Shown here piece after piece: positions 48,594 through 57,568 of a stretch of 64,000 nucleotides of DNA. The first letter of the stretch is position 1. Every line of letters begins with the position of its first letter. The translations under genes and the position numbers were made by a program. Below the pieces are notes generated by a model, which was not told the DNA's origin, searched no databases, and saw nothing but the letters and a program-made list of their open reading frames with translations. The DNA is from an uncultured Atopobiaceae bacterium (lineage in GTDB: Bacteria > Actinomycetota > Coriobacteriia > Coriobacteriales > Atopobiaceae). The DNA is taken from NCBI GenBank assembly GCA_963931035.1, contig OZ006979.1, positions 1,960,238 through 2,024,237 on the forward strand, given 5' to 3'.

Positions 48594-49310
48594 ATGAGTA
48601 AGGGACAAGAGCAATCGAGTCAGCGTCTGACGCAAATCGTCGAGCCGACCGACGACGAGAAGGCTGCTGCCCAGGCCGCTTGGACGTTCGGTCGCTCCTA
48701 CGCTCACGACAGCACGGCGCTCGGGGTGGCCGCCTTCGCGGGGGTCTTCTTCATCGTCTTCGCTATTGTCGTCGTGACGCTCGTCAGCGGCATCGCGCGC
48801 GGTGAGTACGGGAGCCAGGACGTTACGTGGCTCGCCGTGATCGGCGGCTCCGCGTTCGCCGTGTTTGCCGCACTTGCGATTGCGTCGGTTCTTGTCGCGC
48901 GGCGCCATTACCTCCATCCGGTCAAGAGCGACGTGTTCGCGGCTGGAGGGCGCCTGTTCCACGCCTCGTTCATGCGGGACAAGGAGAAGCACGAGGACGA
49001 CCGCGGGATCGTCCGCATTAACGTTGTCGGCATCGCGGAGTGCACCGGGTTCTACAACAGGAAGGACAGGACGGTCTGGATCCTTCCGAGTCCCGACGCG
49101 CGCATTCATGACGTGTGGCTGCGCGGCAAGCGGTGGGAGGACGAACGCGAGCTGTGCCTCGCCCTTCTGGAGAAGGGGGTTCCGAGCGGCGCGGACACGG
49201 ACCCGTTCTTTGGCGTGGACGAGAAGTACCGGGGGTTCCTCGAGCGAATCGGCGTTCGGATAGAGGAGACGACCAAGCCCGTCGACTTCCTGGCAGGAAC
49301 GTGGTCGTAG
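48594..49310 (+). CDS. Hypothetical 2-TM membrane protein directly following the antitoxin gene
   Basis: Starts 3 nt after the previous stop. Two hydrophobic helices. Confidence 0.4.
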   Translation: MSKGQEQSSQRLTQIVEPTDDEKAAAQAAWTFGRSYAHDSTALGVAAFAGVFFIVFAIVVVTLVSGIARGEYGSQDVTWLAVIGGSAFAVFAALAIASVLVARRHYLHPVKSDVFAAGGRLFHASFMRDKEKHEDDRGIVRINVVGIAECTGFYNRKDRTVWILPSPDARIHDVWLRGKRWEDERELCLALLEKGVPSGADTDPFFGVDEKYRGFLERIGVRIEETTKPVDFLAGTWS

Positions 49311-49600
49311 GCGAGCGACGGCTTTTGTGGCCGGGAGTTGTACGGTGTCGCCGGGATTCGCGGTCTCGGGACTTGCTCTCGGGCACATTTTGGTATTGAA
49401 GCTGGGTGCTTCTCGGCCGCGCTCGGTGAGCCGCCCCTCGAATAAAAAACTAGAATAAAATAACGAAAACGGTAATCATTCCAATCTCGAGTAGCAAGCC
49501 CTCCTCCCGGCAGAACAACGCAACAAACCCCGCCCGAGCCCCCTGCTAGACTAGCCCCCGACCGCGCGTTCTTCTCGCCCACAGGGAGGCTCTTCTCGCC

Positions 49601-50407
49601 ATGACGCCGGACATCAGGCTCGTGGCCGTCGACATCGACGGCACGTTCATGCGTTCCAACTACACCTACGACGTCCCGCGCTTCGAGCGCCTCCTGGCGC
49701 GCATGCGCGAGGCGGGTTGCGCCTTCGTGGTGGCGAGCGGCAACCAGTACTACCAGCTGCGCGACCACTTCCCCGGGCACGAGGACGAGCTGTGCTTCGT
49801 CGCCGAGAACGGCGCCTACGTCATGGACCGGGGCGAGCTCGTCTACGTGTGTTCCATGCCGGAGGAGACGGTCTCCGCGGTCGTCGACCTGTGCCGCGAC
49901 TACGCCGACGAGGTCTGGAACGTGCTCTGCGGCATGAAGGGCGCCTACTGCGAGCGCGGGGCGGTCTCGGACGAGTTCTTCGAGGACATGAGGCGCTACT
50001 GCCACCGTCTGAGCTGGGTGGACGACTTCAAGGTCACGGGCGACAAGATCCTCAAGTTTGCGGCCAACGTGCCCGACGAGCGGACGGACTTCTTCTACGA
50101 CCTGTTCCGCCGCGAGCTCGACGGCCTGGTGGAGCCCACGACGAGCGGCCACGGCTCCATCGACCTCATCACTCCCGGCTGCCACAAGGCGTCGGGGCTC
50201 GCACGCCTCGCCGAGCGCCGGGGGATCTCCCCGGAGCAGTGCGTGGCCTTCGGCGACGGTGGCAACGACATTGAGATGCTGCGCTTCTGCGGCATCGGCT
50301 ACGCGATGGACAACGCCCCCGACGACGTGAAGGCCGCGGCCGACCGCGTGTGCCCCTCCAACGACGAGGACGGCGTGCTCGTGGCGCTGGACGAGCTGTT
50401 CGCGTAG
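49601..50407 (+). CDS. Cof-type HAD-IIB family hydrolase
   Basis: VAVDIDGTF (DxD motif I), and FGDGGNDIEML (motif IV). Confidence 0.75.
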   Translation: MTPDIRLVAVDIDGTFMRSNYTYDVPRFERLLARMREAGCAFVVASGNQYYQLRDHFPGHEDELCFVAENGAYVMDRGELVYVCSMPEETVSAVVDLCRDYADEVWNVLCGMKGAYCERGAVSDEFFEDMRRYCHRLSWVDDFKVTGDKILKFAANVPDERTDFFYDLFRRELDGLVEPTTSGHGSIDLITPGCHKASGLARLAERRGISPEQCVAFGDGGNDIEMLRFCGIGYAMDNAPDDVKAAADRVCPSNDEDGVLVALDELFA

Positions 50408-50410
50408 GGC

Positions 50411-50983
50411 CTATCGCCCCGCGACCGCGCCCAGTGCGCGACGGATCCGCTCCGCCACGCCCACGCTCGCTGCGACCTTGACCACGTCCGGCACCACGAA
50501 TGGCACGACCGCCACGCCCAGCGCCGTCGGCGCGTCGAGTGCGTAGACGTTCATGAGCTGGAGCGTTCCCAGAGCGTAGCTCACCGCCAGCAGCGCGATG
50601 CCGGCCGCCGCGCCGCGTGCCCTTCCTGGCAACGCGCTCGTGTGCATGATGGCGCCCGCCACGGGCATGCCTGCGGCGAAGCCCAGGAGGTAGCCGCCCG
50701 TGGGTCCCAGCAGCACGCCGAGCCCTCCCTGGAACCCCGAGAACACCGGCACGCCCACCGCGCCCAGCAGCAGGTAGACCACCACGGTGAACACCGCGTC
50801 CCGCGTGCGCATGACCTGCGGCAGGAGCGCCAGCACGAAGGTCTGCATCGTGAACGGCACCGGACCCAGCGGCACGGTGATCCACGCGCTCACGGCGAGC
50901 AACGCTATGCAGACGCCGCAGCGTGCGACTTGGCGATTGGACACGGCAACTCCCTCGTAGTCGGACGTTCTTCTTGGCTGCAT
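50411..50983 (-). CDS. bioY: BioY family biotin transporter (ECF S-component)
   Basis: FTMQTFVLALLP...GPTGGYLLGF are typical BioY. Confidence 0.7.
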   Translation of the reverse strand: MQPRRTSDYEGVAVSNRQVARCGVCIALLAVSAWITVPLGPVPFTMQTFVLALLPQVMRTRDAVFTVVVYLLLGAVGVPVFSGFQGGLGVLLGPTGGYLLGFAAGMPVAGAIMHTSALPGRARGAAAGIALLAVSYALGTLQLMNVYALDAPTALGVAVVPFVVPDVVKVAASVGVAERIRRALGAVAGR

Positions 50984-51530
50984 TTTCGCCGAAACAGAGA
51001 GACTGCACAAAATGAGGCCGTTTCGAGGGCATTTTTGTGCATTTCCTCTGTCTCGGTGATGAGTGGAACGATTGGGCTGCCGAGCTGGTGCACTTGGCAG
51101 GCGGTTTCGCTGGGCGACTTGAGAGAATGCTGCCTTCAAAGCCGACTTGTGAATAGATTTCTGGAAGCCCGACGGGGTGGTGCCTAGGACGGGAGGGCAA
51201 ACGCCCAGTTGTTTTTAATTCAATAAACAATGTCAAGTCACCACGCGGGAGAAATCTGTTCACAAGTCGGTTCTCAAGTCACTTTCTCTCGTTTTGGCGT
51301 ACCGGGCGCCGCCGGCCGAGGGGGCGCAGGCAAGAAGAACGAACGACGCGTGTGGTGGTCGTGGAGTGGTTCTTCTGGCCATGCCGTTCGCAGCCGCAAA
51401 CGTACCGCCCGCGGCATCGCGAAAATTCCTCTTGAAACACTCTTGAAAAGTGGGAATATATGGGCTAACAAACATTTTGTTTGGATACCAGACAAAAAGT
51501 TGGTAAGCCCGAAGGAGCAAGGAGGAAGCG

Positions 51531-52745
51531 TTGAGCGAGAAGATCAAGTGGGTCGCCAACAAGATGCCTAAGAGCGACGACCGCCACCTCGGCATCATGT
51601 CCCTCGAGAACGTGGAGGCGGCGCGCAGCTTCCACCAGAGCTTCCCGCAGTACGACGTCACCCCGCTCGCCAAGCTCGACGCGCTGGCGGGCGAGCTCGG
51701 CCTCAAGAACCTGGCCGTGAAGGACGAGTCCTACCGCTTTGGCCTCAACGCCTTCAAGGTGCTCGGTGGCTCCTTCGCCATGGCCAACTACATCGCGGGC
51801 AAGATCGGCCGTCCGGTCTCCGAGATGACCTACGACTACCTCACGAGCGACGAGCTCGCGCGCGACTTCGGCCAGGCCACGTTCTTCACCGCCACCGACG
51901 GCAACCACGGTCGCGGCGTGGCCTGGGCCGCCAACAAGCTGGGCCAGAAGGCCGTCGTGCACATGCCCAAGGGCAGCGTGAAGAGCCGCTTTGACAACAT
52001 CGCCGCCGAGGGCGCCGAGGTCACGATCGAGGACGTCAACTACGACGAGTGCGTCCGCATGGCCGCCGCCGAGGCCGAGGCCTGCGAGAACGGCGTCATC
52101 GTCCAGGACACCGCCTGGGACGGCTACGAGGAGATCCCGTCCTGGATCATGGAGGGCTACGGTACCATGGCCTCCGAGGCGGCCGAGCAGTACGCGGCGG
52201 CCGGCGTGGAGCGCCCGACGCACGTCTTTGTGCAGGCCGGCGTCGGCAGCCTGGCCGGTGGCGTGGTGGGCTACTTCACCAACCTCTTCCCCGACAACCC
52301 GCCCACCTTTGTGGTGATGGAGGCCGACACCGCGGCCTGCCTCTACAAGGGCGCGCTGGCCGGCGATGGCGATCCGCGCATCGTGGACGGCGACATGCCC
52401 ACGATCATGGCAGGCCTGGCCTGCGGCGAGCCCAACACGCTGGGCTGGGACATCCTGCGCAACCACGTGTCCGTGTTCGTGAGCTGCCCCAACTGGGTGG
52501 CCGCCAAGGGCATGCGCGTGCTCGGCGCTCCCAAGAAGGGCGACCCGCGCGTCATCTCCGGCGAGTCCGGCGCCGTGGGCGCGGGCCTGGTCACGACCCT
52601 CATGGAGTCCGACGAGTACGCCGAGCTCCGCGAGGCCATCGGCCTGGATGAGACGAGCTCCGTGCTGCTCTTCTCGACCGAGGGCGACACGGACCCGGTG
52701 AACTACCGTCGCGTTGTGTGGGACGGCGCGTACCCCGCTGAGTAG
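51531..52745 (+). CDS. dpaL: Diaminopropionate ammonia-lyase (PLP-dependent; E. coli YgeX/DpaL homolog)
   Basis: PLP fold-type II with FKVLGGSF (PLP Lys) and the typical DpaL N-terminus. TTG start after AAGGAGGAAG. Confidence 0.8.
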   Translation: MSEKIKWVANKMPKSDDRHLGIMSLENVEAARSFHQSFPQYDVTPLAKLDALAGELGLKNLAVKDESYRFGLNAFKVLGGSFAMANYIAGKIGRPVSEMTYDYLTSDELARDFGQATFFTATDGNHGRGVAWAANKLGQKAVVHMPKGSVKSRFDNIAAEGAEVTIEDVNYDECVRMAAAEAEACENGVIVQDTAWDGYEEIPSWIMEGYGTMASEAAEQYAAAGVERPTHVFVQAGVGSLAGGVVGYFTNLFPDNPPTFVVMEADTAACLYKGALAGDGDPRIVDGDMPTIMAGLACGEPNTLGWDILRNHVSVFVSCPNWVAAKGMRVLGAPKKGDPRVISGESGAVGAGLVTTLMESDEYAELREAIGLDETSSVLLFSTEGDTDPVNYRRVVWDGAYPAE

Positions 52746-52752
52746 GGGGAGA

Positions 52753-52774
52753 GCGAGAAGAACGGGTTCTTCTC
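52753..52774. terminator. Perfect palindrome cgagaagaac-g-ggttcttctcg, 8 nt after the dpaL stop (the same motif family as 10451-10472)
   Basis: Read directly. Confidence 0.45.
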
Positions 52775-52818
52775 GGCAGATGACTGGTAACGAGGGCGTC
52801 AGAAAGGACGTAAGCAAA

Positions 52819-54225
52819 ATGGCCAAGGAACTGGATTTCGAGCAGATCAAGAGCGCGGCGGAGGCGTATGGCAAGGACATGACCGCCTTCCTGCGCGCCA
52901 TGATCTCCCACCCCAGCGAGTCCTGCGAGGAGGGCGAGGTCGTGGCCTGCATCAAGGCCGAGATGGAGAAGCTCGGCTTTGACAAGGTCGAGGTCGACGG
53001 CCTGGGCAACGTCATCGGCTGGATGGGCGAGGGCGACAAGATCATCGCCATCGACTCCCACATCGACACCGTGGGCATCGGCAACCGCGACAACTGGGAG
53101 GCCGACCCCTACGAGGGCTACGAGACCGACGAACTCATCTACGGCCGCGGCGGCTCCGACCAGGAGGGCGGCATGGCCTCCGCGACCTACGCCGCGAAGA
53201 TGATGAAGGACCTCGGCCTCATCCCCGAGGGCTACAAGATCATGGTCGTGGGCTCCGTCCAGGAGGAGGACTGCGACGGCATGTGCTGGCAGTACATCGT
53301 CAACAAGTACTTCGACGGCCCCGAGGACGCCCGCGAGAAGATCGAGTTCGTGATCTCCACCGAGCCCACCGACGGCGGCATCTACCGTGGTCACCGTGGC
53401 CGCATGGAGATTCGCGTGGACGTGCACGGCGTCTCCTGCCACGGATCCGCGCCCGACCGCGGCGACAACGCCATCTACAAGATGGCCGACATCATCGCCG
53501 ACGTCCGCGCCCTCAACAACAACGGCTGCGACGAGTCCACTTCCATCAAGGGCCTCGTCAAGATGCTCGACCCCAAGTACAACCCCGAGCACTTCGAGGA
53601 CGCGCGCTTCCTGGGCCGCGGCACCTGCACCGTCTCCCAGATCTTCTACACCTCGCCCAGCCGCTGCGCCGTGGCCGACTCCTGCGCGATCTCCATCGAC
53701 CGCCGCATGACCGCCGGCGAGACCTGGGACTCCTGCCTCCAGGAGATCCGCGACCTGCCGTCCGTCAAGAAGTACGGCGACGACGTCAAGGTCTCCATGT
53801 ACATGTACGACCGCCCGAGCTGGAAGGGCACCGTCTACGAGACCGAGGCCTACTTCCCCACGTGGATCAACTCCGAGAGCGCCGCTCACGTCCAGGCCCT
53901 CGTCGACGCGCACCACGCGCTCTTTGGCGAGGAGCGCATCGGCTGCGAGCCGTCCATGGACAAGCGCGCCGGCCGTCCGCTCACGGACAAGTGGACCTTC
54001 TCGACCAACTGCGTCTCCATCCAGGGCCGCTACGGCATCCCGTGCGTGGGCTTTGGCCCCGGCGCCGAGAGCCAGGCGCACGCGCCCAACGAGGTCACCT
54101 ACAAGCAGGACCTCGTGACCTGCGCCGCGCTCTACACCGCCGCGCTCAACCTCTACGACCCGTCCAAGAAGACCGGCGACGTCACCGTCTTCCGCGCCGG
54201 CGCCACCGACAACGACATCCAGTAG
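52819..54225 (+). CDS. ygeY: M20 family peptidase, YgeY homolog
   Basis: M20 motifs [15 protein letters not shown], and TEPT. Size and position match ygeY. Confidence 0.8.
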   Translation: MAKELDFEQIKSAAEAYGKDMTAFLRAMISHPSESCEEGEVVACIKAEMEKLGFDKVEVDGLGNVIGWMGEGDKIIAIDSHIDTVGIGNRDNWEADPYEGYETDELIYGRGGSDQEGGMASATYAAKMMKDLGLIPEGYKIMVVGSVQEEDCDGMCWQYIVNKYFDGPEDAREKIEFVISTEPTDGGIYRGHRGRMEIRVDVHGVSCHGSAPDRGDNAIYKMADIIADVRALNNNGCDESTSIKGLVKMLDPKYNPEHFEDARFLGRGTCTVSQIFYTSPSRCAVADSCAISIDRRMTAGETWDSCLQEIRDLPSVKKYGDDVKVSMYMYDRPSWKGTVYETEAYFPTWINSESAAHVQALVDAHHALFGEERIGCEPSMDKRAGRPLTDKWTFSTNCVSIQGRYGIPCVGFGPGAESQAHAPNEVTYKQDLVTCAALYTAALNLYDPSKKTGDVTVFRAGATDNDIQ

Positions 54226-54256
54226 ACGCTCTGACCCACACAGAAAGGAAACGACC

Positions 54257-55459
54257 ATGGCCAAGGACTTCTCCGCGCTCCTCGACGAGCTCAAGGGCTA
54301 CGACTTCTCCGGCATGTACGACTCCGACTTCCTGCACACCTGGGACAAGACCACCGACGAGCTGCGCGCGCTCTACGCCGTGGCCGCCGCCCTGCGCAAC
54401 CTCCGCGAGCGCAACATCTCGCCGCGCATCTTTGACTCCGGCCTCGCCGTCTCGCTGTTCCGCGACAACTCCACGCGCACGCGCTTCTCGTTCTCCAAGG
54501 CCACGAACCTCCTGGGCCTCCAGCTCCAGGACCTCGACGAGAAGAAGTCCCAGATCGCCCACGGCGAGACCGTCCGCGAGACCGCCACGATGATCTCCTT
54601 CATGGCCGACGTCATCGGCATCCGCGACGACATGTACATCGGCGCCGGCGACGCCTACATGGCCGAGGTCGCCGAGTCCGTCGCCGAGGCCTACAAGGAC
54701 GGCGTGCTCGACCACCGTCCCACGCTCATCTCCCTGCAGTCCGACTCCGACCACCCCACCCAGTCCTCCGCCGACATGCTCTACCTCATCGAGGAGTTTG
54801 GCGGCCTGGAGAACCTCCGCGGCAAGAAGGTGGCCGTGACCTGGGCCTACTCCCCGAGCTACGGCAAGCCGCTCTCCTGCCCGCAGTCGCTCATCTCGCT
54901 GCTGCCGCGCTTTGGCATGGACGTCACGCTGGCCCACCCCGAGGGCTACGACCTCATGGGCGACCGCGTGGAGGCCGCCAAGGCCTACGCCGCCGAGTCC
55001 GGCTGCACCTTCAAGCAGGTGAACACCATGGAGGAGGCCTTCGAGGGCGCCGACATCGTCATCCCCAAGAGCTGGGCGCCCTACGCCGCCATGGAGCAGC
55101 GCACCAAGCTCTACGCCGCGGGCGACGACGAGGGCATCAAGGCCCTGGAGAAGGAGCTTCTCGCCCAGAACGCCACCCACATGGACTGGTGCTCCACGCG
55201 CGAGCTCATGGCGAAGACCGCCAACGGCGACGACACGATCTACATGCACCCGCTGCCCGCCGACATCTCCGGCGTCTCCTGCGAGCACGGCGAGGTCATG
55301 GCCGACGTCTTTGACATGCACCGCGTGGGCATGTACAAGGAGGCCAGCTACAAGCCGTACGCCATCGCGGCCATGATCTTCCTGCAGAAAGTCAAGGACC
55401 CCGTGGCCACGCTCGCCGCGCTCGAGGCGGCCGGCAAGCCCCGCTGGAACCAGGCGTAG
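54257..55459 (+). CDS. ygeW: YgeW-type putative carbamoyltransferase (ATCase/OTCase fold)
   Basis: STRTR carbamoyl-phosphate binding motif (FRDNSTRTRFSF) and HPLP-like motif (YMHPLP). Confidence 0.8.
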   Translation: MAKDFSALLDELKGYDFSGMYDSDFLHTWDKTTDELRALYAVAAALRNLRERNISPRIFDSGLAVSLFRDNSTRTRFSFSKATNLLGLQLQDLDEKKSQIAHGETVRETATMISFMADVIGIRDDMYIGAGDAYMAEVAESVAEAYKDGVLDHRPTLISLQSDSDHPTQSSADMLYLIEEFGGLENLRGKKVAVTWAYSPSYGKPLSCPQSLISLLPRFGMDVTLAHPEGYDLMGDRVEAAKAYAAESGCTFKQVNTMEEAFEGADIVIPKSWAPYAAMEQRTKLYAAGDDEGIKALEKELLAQNATHMDWCSTRELMAKTANGDDTIYMHPLPADISGVSCEHGEVMADVFDMHRVGMYKEASYKPYAIAAMIFLQKVKDPVATLAALEAAGKPRWNQA

Positions 55460-55478
55460 GAAATCGTCCGTCCGGGCT

Positions 55479-55548
55479 GGGGCCGCCCACAAGTCGCTCG
55501 CTCACTGCGCGTTGCGCAGAAGTCGCTCGCTGACTTGTGGGCGGCCCC
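55479..55548. terminator. 17-bp-arm inverted repeat (ggggccgcccacaagtc / gacttgtgggcggcccc) with inner palindrome, between ygeW and carbamate kinase
   Basis: Read directly. Confidence 0.4.
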
Positions 55549-55592
55549 GCCCTTCTCGACGGGTCTTGTCGCAGCTCAAGGAGTAATATAAA

Positions 55593-56534
55593 ATGTCTAA
55601 GAGAATCGTCATCGCGCTGGGCGGCAACGCGCTCGGAAAGAACCTGCCTGAGCAGATGGAGGCGGTCAAGCACACGGCGCGCGCGATCGTGGACCTCATC
55701 GAGCAGGGCAACGAGGTCGTGGTGGCCCACGGCAACGGCCCGCAGGTGGGCATGATCCAGGAGGCCATGACGCAGCTCACGCGCTCCGACCCCGAGAAGT
55801 ACATCCCGTGCCCGCTTTCCGTCTGCGTGGCCATGAGCCAGGGCTACATCGGCTACGACCTGCAGAACGCGCTGCGCGAGGAGATGCTGGACCGCGGGAT
55901 CGAGATGGGCGCCGCCACGGTGCTCACGCAGGTGGAGGTGGACCCGGAGGACCCGGCGTTCGCCAACCCCACCAAGCCGATCGGCGCCTTCATGACGCGC
56001 GAGGAGGCCGACCGCATGATCGCCGAGCGCGGCTATGACGTGATCGAGGACGCCGGGCGCGGGTACCGCCGCGTGGTGGCGTCGCCCAAGCCGGTGGGCA
56101 TCGTGGAGCTGGACACCATCCGCTCGCTCGTCGAGACCAACCACGTGGTCATCGCCTGCGGGGGCGGCGGCATCCCGGTCTTCCACACGGAGGGCCACCA
56201 CCTCAAGGGCGCTGCGGCCGTGATCGACAAGGACTTCGCCGCGGCGCGCCTGGCCGAGCAGCTGGACGCCGACTTCCTGGTGATCCTCACGGCCGTGGAG
56301 AAGGTCGCCGTGAACTTTGGCAAGCCCGACCAGCAGTGGCTTGACGAGCTCACGCCCGAGACCGCGGCGCGCTACATCGAGGAGGGCCAGTTCGCGCCCG
56401 GCTCGATGCTGCCCAAGGTGGAGGCCGCGCTCGCCTTCGCGCAGTCCGGCGCTGGCCGCTCGTCGCTCATCACGCTCCTCGACCGGGCGGCCGACGGAAT
56501 CGCCGGCAAGACGGGTACCATCGTACGTGGCTAG
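55593..56534 (+). CDS. arcC: Carbamate kinase (E. coli YqeA/ArcC type)
   Basis: MSKRIVIALGGNALG...VVAHGNGPQVG is the canonical carbamate kinase N-terminus. Confidence 0.85.
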   Translation: MSKRIVIALGGNALGKNLPEQMEAVKHTARAIVDLIEQGNEVVVAHGNGPQVGMIQEAMTQLTRSDPEKYIPCPLSVCVAMSQGYIGYDLQNALREEMLDRGIEMGAATVLTQVEVDPEDPAFANPTKPIGAFMTREEADRMIAERGYDVIEDAGRGYRRVVASPKPVGIVELDTIRSLVETNHVVIACGGGGIPVFHTEGHHLKGAAAVIDKDFAAARLAEQLDADFLVILTAVEKVAVNFGKPDQQWLDELTPETAARYIEEGQFAPGSMLPKVEAALAFAQSGAGRSSLITLLDRAADGIAGKTGTIVRG

Positions 56535-56574
56535 CAAGGGCGCGGCGGGCGAGAAGGACGGTGGGGCGCGCGGC

Positions 56575-57519
56575 ATGAGACCCGACCTCAGGGCATATCT
56601 TCTGGGTGACGACGGGCACCGGGTCTTTGGGCCCGGTCCGGTCGAGCTGCTGGAGCGCGTGGGCGAGCTGGGCAGCCTGCGCGCCGCCGCGATTGACATG
56701 GGGATGGCCTACACCAAGGCCACGCGCCTCGTGCACGATGCCGAGCAGGCCTTCGGCTTCGCGCTCACCGAGCGGACCGTGGGCGGTTCCGGGGGCGGCG
56801 GCTCGCAGCTCACCGCCGAGGCGCGCGAGCTGATCGAGCGCTACCGCGCGTTCGAGCGCACGAGCCGCTGGGCGCTCTCCTCCGCCTATGAGACGTGCTT
56901 CTCGGGCTTTGCCGACGTGGCCCGCCTGGGCTGCGTGGTCATGGCGTCCGGCGAGGGCGCGCGCTTTGGCGGCGAGCCGGGCGAGAAGCTCGTGGCGCCG
57001 CTGGCCGGCACGGCCGTGCTCGAGCGCACGCTCGCCGCGCTGCCGGCGGATTTGCTGGACGTCGTGGTGGTGACGCGCTGGGACGCGGTCGAGGAGTTGT
57101 GCGAGCGGCTCGGCGTTCGCTGCGTGCGCGCGGCGGGCCCGCTCAAGAGCGACACGATGCGCGCGGGCCTGGAGGCGCTGGGGCATCGCGCCGGCTGCCT
57201 CTTTGTGACCGGCGACCAGCCGCTTCTGAGCGAGAGGAGCGTGCGCGCGCTCGTGGCGGAGCTCGTCCGCGAGCCCACCGCGATCGTGCGCCTGGGCTGG
57301 CGCGGCCGCGCCGCGAACCCGGTACTCTGGCCGAACGACACGCTGGCCGCGCTGGCTCGGCTGGAGGGCGACACGGGAGGGCGCGTCCTTCTCGACGGCC
57401 ATGCCGAGCTGGAGGGTCGCGTGCGCCTGGTGGAGGCCGCCGACGAGTGGGAGCTCGTCGACGTGGACACGCCCGAGGACCTGGCGCGCCTCGAGGGCGC
57501 GCTGGCCGAGAGAGGCTGA
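56575..57519 (+). CDS. mocA: Fusion protein: ModE-like winged-helix DNA-binding domain plus MocA/MobA-like molybdenum-cofactor nucleotidyltransferase (YgfJ/MocA position)
   Basis: The N-terminal roughly 110 aa match the ModE N-terminal domain (ISxLxxIxxxGS...ERxxGGxGGGGxxLT). The C-terminus carries MobA-like NTP_transf_3 motifs (MASGEGARFGG..KLVAPLAG, and TGDQPLL). Confidence 0.65.
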   Translation: MRPDLRAYLLGDDGHRVFGPGPVELLERVGELGSLRAAAIDMGMAYTKATRLVHDAEQAFGFALTERTVGGSGGGGSQLTAEARELIERYRAFERTSRWALSSAYETCFSGFADVARLGCVVMASGEGARFGGEPGEKLVAPLAGTAVLERTLAALPADLLDVVVVTRWDAVEELCERLGVRCVRAAGPLKSDTMRAGLEALGHRAGCLFVTGDQPLLSERSVRALVAELVREPTAIVRLGWRGRAANPVLWPNDTLAALARLEGDTGGRVLLDGHAELEGRVRLVEAADEWELVDVDTPEDLARLEGALAERG

Positions 57520-57550
57520 TTCAAAAGGGGACAGACCCCTTTTGGATCAT
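57518..57550. promoter_or_regulatory. Conserved palindromic hairpin element gattcaaaagggg-acaga-ccccttttggatca, about 18 nt upstream of the hydantoinase start
   Basis: Read directly. A near-identical copy of 11935-11967 with a reverse-complemented loop. Confidence 0.5.
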
Positions 57551-57568
57551 TCGCAGAGGGGAGAGCCG

